Of a stretch of 64,000 nucleotides of DNA, positions 58,381 through 64,000 are shown piece by piece. Positions within the stretch are counted from its first letter, which is position 1, and every line of letters begins with the position of its first letter. Source of the stretch: Planctomycetota bacterium. GTDB taxonomy: Bacteria; Planctomycetota; PLA2; JAEUHO01. The translations under genes and the position numbers were made by a program. A model generated the notes under the pieces. That model had not been told where the DNA came from. It saw nothing but the letters and a program-made list of their open reading frames with translations, and did not search any database. The DNA is taken from positions 142,971 through 206,970 of the forward strand of contig CBDCWP010000010.1 of NCBI GenBank assembly GCA_965223505.1, in the 5' to 3' direction.

Positions 58381-59424
58381 ATGAATCGATCCGGCTTGCT
58401 CGCGCTCGCTGCGATTGCCGCGCTCGGCGCGGTCATCTTCCTCGTTCCGGAACGCAAGGAGACCAGGGCGCCGTTCTCGACGCAGGGCCTCGGTCGGTTC
58501 CTCAAACAGGGGCCGTCGGAAGGCAAGTGGGAGCTCTGCAAGCTCTCCAGCTGTTTCGCGCTCTTCGTCGCGCCGCATCCGACCGAGGACGAAGAGCTGC
58601 TCGTCGGCACCGACGGCCCGTGCTCGACCGGCGACGCCTGCCACGCCGTGCCGCGCCGGAAGATCACACGTCTCATGTTCGAGGCGTCGGCCGATCTGTT
58701 CTTCCGCAACTACGCCCGGCGCGGTTTCGCGCAGCGCGACACGCTCGACGACGGCACCGTCGCCATGCACGCCGTCTGGGTGCCGAGATTCGACCCGGAG
58801 GGCATGTCGGCGCGCCACGTCTGGTTCGAGGAGTCGACCGGCAACGTGATCCAGGTCCAGGACGTGTCGCGCAACGGCCATCCGATCCGCACCATTCGGC
58901 GCCTCTCCGTCGACACGGAGGACTGGGATCCGGCGACGTTCGACCCGAACTTGAAGCAATCGGAATGGGCGCCCGCGTGCGGCAGCGAGACCGTCGAGTC
59001 GGTGGACGAGCTGGATCGCATCGTCGCCCTCGCGCCGTTCCCCATGCTGGTGCCGGACACCCTGCCCAAGGGCTACGAGCTGGTGCGCGCTACGTATCAG
59101 GAGTGCAACATCCGGCCGTTCAACGCGCAGCAGGGCGCGCCGGGCTTGGCCGCCCAGCTGGCCACGCTGCTCTACTCCGACGGCATGGGGCTGATCTCCA
59201 TCGCGATCTCGCCCCAGGACGACATGGACGCCATCGAGGCGCAGTACGGGCGTCAGATGGCGCAGGTGAACCCGGACGATCCGCAGGCGTGCCCCGGGCT
59301 GCCCGCCGAACCGCAGTCGATCCGCACGGGCGGCGGGGTCGTGCGCATGCGCACCGACAAGTGCCGAACGGTCGTGCGTCGCGACGGCATCCACGGGCGT
59401 CAGCGTGATGATGATCACGCGTAA
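58381..59424 (+). CDS. Secreted hypothetical protein
   Basis: Signal peptide (LLALAAIAALGAVIFLVP). Coherent composition. No family recognised. Confidence 0.65.
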   Translation: MNRSGLLALAAIAALGAVIFLVPERKETRAPFSTQGLGRFLKQGPSEGKWELCKLSSCFALFVAPHPTEDEELLVGTDGPCSTGDACHAVPRRKITRLMFEASADLFFRNYARRGFAQRDTLDDGTVAMHAVWVPRFDPEGMSARHVWFEESTGNVIQVQDVSRNGHPIRTIRRLSVDTEDWDPATFDPNLKQSEWAPACGSETVESVDELDRIVALAPFPMLVPDTLPKGYELVRATYQECNIRPFNAQQGAPGLAAQLATLLYSDGMGLISIAISPQDDMDAIEAQYGRQMAQVNPDDPQACPGLPAEPQSIRTGGGVVRMRTDKCRTVVRRDGIHGRQRDDDHA

Positions 59425-59639
59425 CGAACGCGCCGTGGAGGAGTACCTGGACGTCGTGATGAGCTTGCGCAAGGTCGACGCGCCCACGAAGTAGAGAAAA
59501 CTAGACTCACGTGTCACCGGAACGTCCGACGCCGGCGTGAATCCATCGTGAATCGCTGCGGCACGCGGTAGCTTCGGCCCGACTCATGGAGCAGTGGGGC
59601 TTCATGACGACTTCGAAGTCCCCGTGAGGCCGACCTCCC

Positions 59640-60962
59640 TTGTATCGAGTCTTTCTCGCACTTCGCTACCTCCGTAGCCGACTCGTCAACCTGATCTCGG
59701 TCGGCGGCGTGGCGGCGGGCGTCGCGGTGCTGATCGTCGTCGTGGCCATCATGGACGGCTTCCAGGAGCGCGTGCGCAAGGTGGCGCGCGGCAACCTCTC
59801 CGATCTCACGATGTTCCCCGTTCCCGCGCCCGACGGCGTCGGGAACGGCGAGTGGCCGCCGCCGTTCACGGACATGGACAAGAAGATCCGCGGCGCTGAC
59901 GAGCGGGTCGAGGCGACCGCGCCGCAGATGCGGGTCGTCGTGGGGTACTTCCACGAGACGCGCAAGGTCACCGGCGGTTTCGTGCACCAGGGCAAGCAGG
60001 TGCACATCATGGAGGCGACCGGCATCATCTGGGACCGCGAGCGGCAGGTCTCGGACCTCGAGCGCAACCTGCTGGCGGCCCACGACTACAACGACCCGTT
60101 CCGGCATCCCCTGGAGGAACGCGGCAAGCGCACCGTGCTGATCAGCCGGCGATTCGCGGAGGTCTTCTTCGGGGTCGAGGACGGGTGGCAGCGGCTCGTG
60201 GACGGGGCGGCGGACCTCCCGCTGCACGTGCTCGTCGAGCGTTCCGACGGGTCGCTCAACCCGGACAGCTACAACCTGGTCATCTCGGGCGTCTACGACG
60301 GGCAGGACGCGACGCAGGACATCAACCGGGTGTTCATCGAGCTTCCCTCGCTGCGTGAGATGGCCAACCGCACGGACGAATACACGGAGATCAAGGTCCG
60401 TCTTCAGCACACGGACCAGGGCGTGGCAGCGAAGAAGGTCATGAACGACACGTTTCCGGGTTTCGACACCGTGACGTGGGAAGACCAGCAGCGCACGTTC
60501 CTGCAGGCCGTCGAGAACGAGAAGGTGCTGCTGGTCATCGTGCTCTCGTTCATCGTCCTGCTGGGCGGGTTCATCATCCTGGCCACGCTCACGCTCACCG
60601 TCGTCGAAAAGACGCGCGACATCGGCATTCTCGGCGCGCTCGGCGCCTCGCGAACCGGCGTCCTGACCGTCTTCCTGTGGACCGGTCTGCTCATCGGAAT
60701 TCTGGGGTCGCTGATCGGCCTCGGGCTCGGCTATTGGTTCACGATGAACGTGAACGAGGTGAAGGACTTCCTCAAGTCCGCGTTCGACATCGACATCTTC
60801 CCGCAGGAGATCTACCGCTTCCGGGACATCCCCACGGTCTGGGATTGGCCGAGCTGCTTCAAAATCATGACCGGCAGCACGCTGATGGCGTTCTTCGCCG
60901 GTTTCCTTCCCGCGTTGCGCGCGGCGCGACAGGACCCCATCAAGGCGCTGCGCCATGAGTGA
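59640..60962 (+). CDS. lolE: Lipoprotein-releasing system permease LolC/LolE (FtsX-like ABC permease)
   Basis: TTG start. N-terminal TM, large periplasmic loop, C-terminal 3-TM FtsX domain. Followed by lolD. Confidence 0.85.
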   Translation: MYRVFLALRYLRSRLVNLISVGGVAAGVAVLIVVVAIMDGFQERVRKVARGNLSDLTMFPVPAPDGVGNGEWPPPFTDMDKKIRGADERVEATAPQMRVVVGYFHETRKVTGGFVHQGKQVHIMEATGIIWDRERQVSDLERNLLAAHDYNDPFRHPLEERGKRTVLISRRFAEVFFGVEDGWQRLVDGAADLPLHVLVERSDGSLNPDSYNLVISGVYDGQDATQDINRVFIELPSLREMANRTDEYTEIKVRLQHTDQGVAAKKVMNDTFPGFDTVTWEDQQRTFLQAVENEKVLLVIVLSFIVLLGGFIILATLTLTVVEKTRDIGILGALGASRTGVLTVFLWTGLLIGILGSLIGLGLGYWFTMNVNEVKDFLKSAFDIDIFPQEIYRFRDIPTVWDWPSCFKIMTGSTLMAFFAGFLPALRAARQDPIKALRHE

Positions 60963-61743
60963 TGCCATGGAACCGAGCTTCGACGCACCGAGCCGCGAGG
61001 ACGCCGCGGTGATGCTACCGCTGCTGGTCGCGAAGAACGTGCACAAGCACTACAAGATCGGCGGCCACAAGCTCGAGGTGCTGCGCGGGGTGGATCTCGA
61101 AGTGCGCGAGGGCGAGATTCTCGCGATCCTCGGCAAGAGCGGCTGCGGCAAGAGCACCCTGTTGCACGTGCTCGGTTGGCTCGACGCGGTGAACGAAGGC
61201 AAGATCTACTTCGACGGCAAGGACCGCGCGTCCCAGCCTGCCGGCGAACGGGCGCGCCTGCGCAACCGGGTGATGGGCTTCGTCTTCCAGTTCTATCACC
61301 TGATGCCGGAGCTCAACGCGCTCGAGAACGTGATGCTCCCGTCGATGATCCGGTACGGGTCGTTCGCGTGGCGGGGCGCGAAACGCGAAGTGCGGGAACG
61401 TGCGCGGGACCTGCTCGCCATGGTCGGGCTGAGCGAGCGGATCAAGCACCGGCCGCGGCATCTCTCGGGCGGGGAGCGCCAGCGCGTGGCGATCGCGCGC
61501 GCGCTGCAGAACGAACCCCGGTTCCTGTTCTGCGACGAGCCGACGGGCAACCTCGACGGTCGCACGGCCGAGGAGGTGCGGGAGCTGCTGTGGCGCCTCA
61601 ACGCCGAAAACCGCCAGACGATGGTGGTCGTGACGCACGACGCGAAGCTGGCAAGGCAGGCCGACCGCATCGTGCACTTGGTGGACGGGCGCGTGAGCAC
61701 CGAGAGCGAGCCGGAGCTGGTCGAGGAGATCGACCTCGAGTAG
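60955..61743 (+). CDS. lolD: Lipoprotein-releasing system ATP-binding protein LolD
   Basis: Walker A GKSGCGKST, signature LSGGERQRVAIARAL, Walker B LFCDEPTGNLD. 8-nt overlap with the permease gene. Confidence 0.9.
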   Translation: MSDAMEPSFDAPSREDAAVMLPLLVAKNVHKHYKIGGHKLEVLRGVDLEVREGEILAILGKSGCGKSTLLHVLGWLDAVNEGKIYFDGKDRASQPAGERARLRNRVMGFVFQFYHLMPELNALENVMLPSMIRYGSFAWRGAKREVRERARDLLAMVGLSERIKHRPRHLSGGERQRVAIARALQNEPRFLFCDEPTGNLDGRTAEEVRELLWRLNAENRQTMVVVTHDAKLARQADRIVHLVDGRVSTESEPELVEEIDLE

Positions 61744-61753
61744 GCGACGTTCT

Positions 61754-62371
61754 CTATCGCTTGCGGCGCATTCGTTCCGCGGCGGGGGATCGGTGGGGCC
61801 CCTTTGCGTACCGCGGCATGCCGATGACCTCGCTCCAGAGAATCGCCGTTCGCAGGGCCTGCCGTTCTTCACGACGACGGATCCCGAGACGGCGCATCGC
61901 GCGGCGCCGACGGATCTGAGCCGACGTCTGCGACACGACCGCGGCGACGCCGGACGACTTGAGCCGCACGAGCGTGCGTCCGCCGACCGTCTCCGTCGTG
62001 AGATCCCTGCCGAGCTCGTCCGCGACGAGCGACCGAGCGCGCGGGACGGGCGGGGACGGTGGAACGGGCGCCTCCAGCTCGATCGGTTCCGGCGCGCCGT
62101 GCGCGTGCGCACGCTGCGGCGGCGGGGGCGGCGGCTTCTCCTCGGTCTCGACGTCGAGGAAGCCCTCGGCGAGCGCCTTCGCCGTCGCCTCGAACCCGCG
62201 ACGCAGCCGTGACGGCTGCTTCTGCTGCTTCGTCTCGTCGTTCCGCTTGTCCTGCCGCGCGCGCTCCTCCCGCGTCTCCACGATCGTCTTGATGATCCAG
62301 CCGATCAACGCCACCAGGACGAAGATCAGCTGGCCCCAGTCGCCGATCGCGGAGAGCTCGAGGTGCGGCAT
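61754..62371 (-). CDS. Hypothetical membrane-anchored Pro/Glu-rich protein immediately downstream of floA
   Basis: ATG 4 nt after the floA stop. N-terminal TM. High GC3. Confidence 0.5.
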   Translation of the reverse strand: MPHLELSAIGDWGQLIFVLVALIGWIIKTIVETREERARQDKRNDETKQQKQPSRLRRGFEATAKALAEGFLDVETEEKPPPPPPQRAHAHGAPEPIELEAPVPPSPPVPRARSLVADELGRDLTTETVGGRTLVRLKSSGVAAVVSQTSAQIRRRRAMRRLGIRRREERQALRTAILWSEVIGMPRYAKGPHRSPAAERMRRKR

Positions 62372-62374
62372 CGC

Positions 62375-63435
62375 CTACTCCATCGGCGCCGAGTCGGTGC
62401 CGGTCTCCTCGCCGCCTAGGCTGCGGCGCATGTCCGTGTCCGCCTCGACGTTCTTGAGGTTGTAGTAGTCCATGACGCCGATGCGGCCTTCGCGCAGCGC
62501 CTGGGCCATCGCCTTCGGCACCTCGGCCTCTGCCAGCACGACCTTTGCCCGGTTCTCGACGACCGCCGCCTGCATCTCCTGCTCGGCCGCGACGGCCAGC
62601 GCGCGGCGCTTCTCGGCCTTCGCCTGCGCGACGCGCTTGTCGGCCTCGGCCTGGTCGGCCTGCAGCCGCGCACCGATGTTGCTGCCGATGTCGACGTCCG
62701 CGATGTCGATGGACAGGATCGAGAAGGCCGTACCCGAGTCGAGCGCCTTGCCCAGCACGGTCTGGCTGATCAGGTCCGGATTCTCGAGCACCTGCTTGTG
62801 GGACTCGGCCGAGCCGATGGTGCTCACGATGCCTTCACCGACGCGCGCGATGATCGTCTCTTCGGTCGCACCGCCGATGAGCTGCTTGAGGTTCGTACGT
62901 ACGGTCACGCGGGCGCGGGCGAGCACCTGGATGCCGTCCTTGGCCACTGCCGCCACCTCGCGCTTCTCCTTGCGCGGGTCGGGGCAGTCGATGACCTTCG
63001 GGTTCACGCTCGTCTGAATGGCGTCGAGCACGTCGCGTCCGGCGAGGTCGATGCCCGCGCCGGTCTTGAAGTCCAGCGGAATCGCAGCGCGGTCGGCCGC
63101 GATCATCGCGCGCGCGACCGCCGGGACGTTGCCGGCCCGCGAGGTAGTGCGCCTCGAGGTCCTTCGTCGGGACCGGAATCGACGCCTGAACGAGCCGCGA
63201 TCTTGCTCTGCACGATCGTCGTCGCGCTGACCTTCCTCAGCCACATGCCGACCAGCTCGAACAGGCTGATGTTGGCATTGGAGAAGTACGCCTGGATCCA
63301 CAGCTTGAAGAACTTGAGGAAGATGATCAGCAGGGCCAGGACGACCAGCAGCCCGACGATCATCACGATGAACCAGACGTCGTCGCCGTCCATGGCCAGC
63401 GGGGACAGCGTCCCGAGCAAGTGCGATGTCAACAT
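62375..63435 (-). pseudogene. floA: Flotillin-like protein FloA (YqfA family, SPFH) with two +1 insertions ~45 nt apart
   Basis: The N-terminal part (63103-63435) and C-terminal part (62375-63301) both match B. subtilis YqfA collinearly. The connecting [10 protein letters not shown] peptide is only readable in the third frame. Confidence 0.65.
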
Positions 63436-63461
63436 GTTGAACCCCTAGGTCGAAGACGAGA

Positions 63462-63942
63462 TTACGACGCCGCCCGTTCGTCCGGACGCACCTTGATCTC
63501 CGTGCCTTCGATCGAAATCACTACCACGCGCGTGCCTTTGTCGATCATGCCACCTTGGGAAACGACGGACACCCGCTCGCCGGCCAGCCGCGCGGTGCCG
63601 GACGGCCGCAGGTCGGTCAGCGCCGGCCCCGCCTCGCCCATGAGGTGCGACAGATCAGGCGCGCCCGCGCCCGGATTCTCGGTCGGCCCGGTGAGCATCA
63701 TCGTCTTTCCGAAGCGGGTGTGCGGCAGCGCCTTGAAGGCGAGCTGGACCGTGAGCGGAATCAGCACGACCTCCGCCGACGATGAAGGACCAGCCGACGA
63801 CGTTGCTCTCTTCGAACGCGAGGATGTCCGCGATGATCACGCAGGTCGCCGCGATCAGACCGAACGCGCCGAGCGACGGAAAGAACACCTCGGCCAGGAC
63901 GAAGCCGATTCCGACGAGGAGCAGGACGATCGCGCCGATCAT
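63462..63942 (-). pseudogene. NfeD-like membrane protein (partner of FloA) split by a +1 insertion
   Basis: The N-terminal TM part (63655-63942) and the C-terminal OB-fold part (63462-63767; [32 protein letters not shown]) are in different frames. Confidence 0.55.
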
Positions 63943-64000
63943 GCGGACTTGCTCTCGTCCGACGGGACCACCGTGACGCGCTCGCCCTCGACCCGCAGGA
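63939..64000 (-). CDS. 3' end of an upstream gene running off the window (stop overlaps the NfeD ATG as ATGA)
   Basis: In-frame coding-like sequence ...LRVEGERVTVVPSDESKSA* ending at 63939-63941. Confidence 0.3.
   Translation of the reverse strand, partial: LRVEGERVTVVPSDESKSA

Overview
High-GC (~68-70%) chromosomal segment from a Gram-negative bacterium. LolCDE-type lipoprotein sorting is present and lipoproteins are numerous, and the gene content (flotillins, Lys/Ala-tailed protein, sphingolipid enzymes, PKD/PA14 surface proteins) suggests a Myxococcota-like or similar soil organism. I cannot confirm taxonomy without a database search. High GC produces many long antisense ORFs in the six-frame track (Arg/Ala/Pro-rich, opposite to genes with clear family signatures), and I discarded these. 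About 55 credible genes are supported, and no rRNA, tRNA, CRISPR array or transposase/integrase was recognised.

Notable content, in window order:
- A fragmented giant Gly-rich lipoprotein (36-2885) and a frameshifted sulfatase-like lipoprotein gene (3139-4682).
- A carbohydrate-oxidation locus: a PA14 + beta-propeller + DUF1080 secreted protein, a Gfo/Idh/MocA oxidoreductase and an NHS-family transporter (4.8-10.8 kb).
- A eukaryote-like sphingolipid delta4-desaturase (DEGS) homologue, with an alkaline-ceramidase-like membrane hydrolase about 14 kb away.
- A membrane-anchored MutS-family ATPase, a VWA lipoprotein, and an NfeD-flotillin pair.
- A 922-aa polytopic membrane protein with a C-terminal patatin-like phospholipase domain, co-operonic with a STAS-domain protein.
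- HtpG.
- Two paralogous PQQ-dependent sugar dehydrogenase / dihaem cytochrome c fusion proteins.
- A tightly coupled 10-gene type II FAS/PKS-like operon (4 KS-family proteins, 2 hot-dog dehydratases, FabG plus a second SDR, AcpS, and an ACP fused to a Cys-rich zinc-ribbon-like tail).
- Immediately after that operon, a secreted TlpA-like thioredoxin-fold gene whose catalytic Cys codon is an in-frame TGA followed by a SECIS-like hairpin. This is the most interesting single signal: a candidate selenoprotein.
- An orphan rplC, lolE/lolD, and a second (FloA-type) flotillin/NfeD pair.

Several genes carry +1 single-base insertions (sulfatase, giant lipoprotein, a hypothetical at 51.3-52.5 kb, FloA, NfeD); those pinpointed sit at C4/G6/T5/GG/CC runs. 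They cluster at both window ends and at one internal site. This pattern is compatible with sequencing/assembly indel errors or genuine pseudogenisation, and needs read-level checking.
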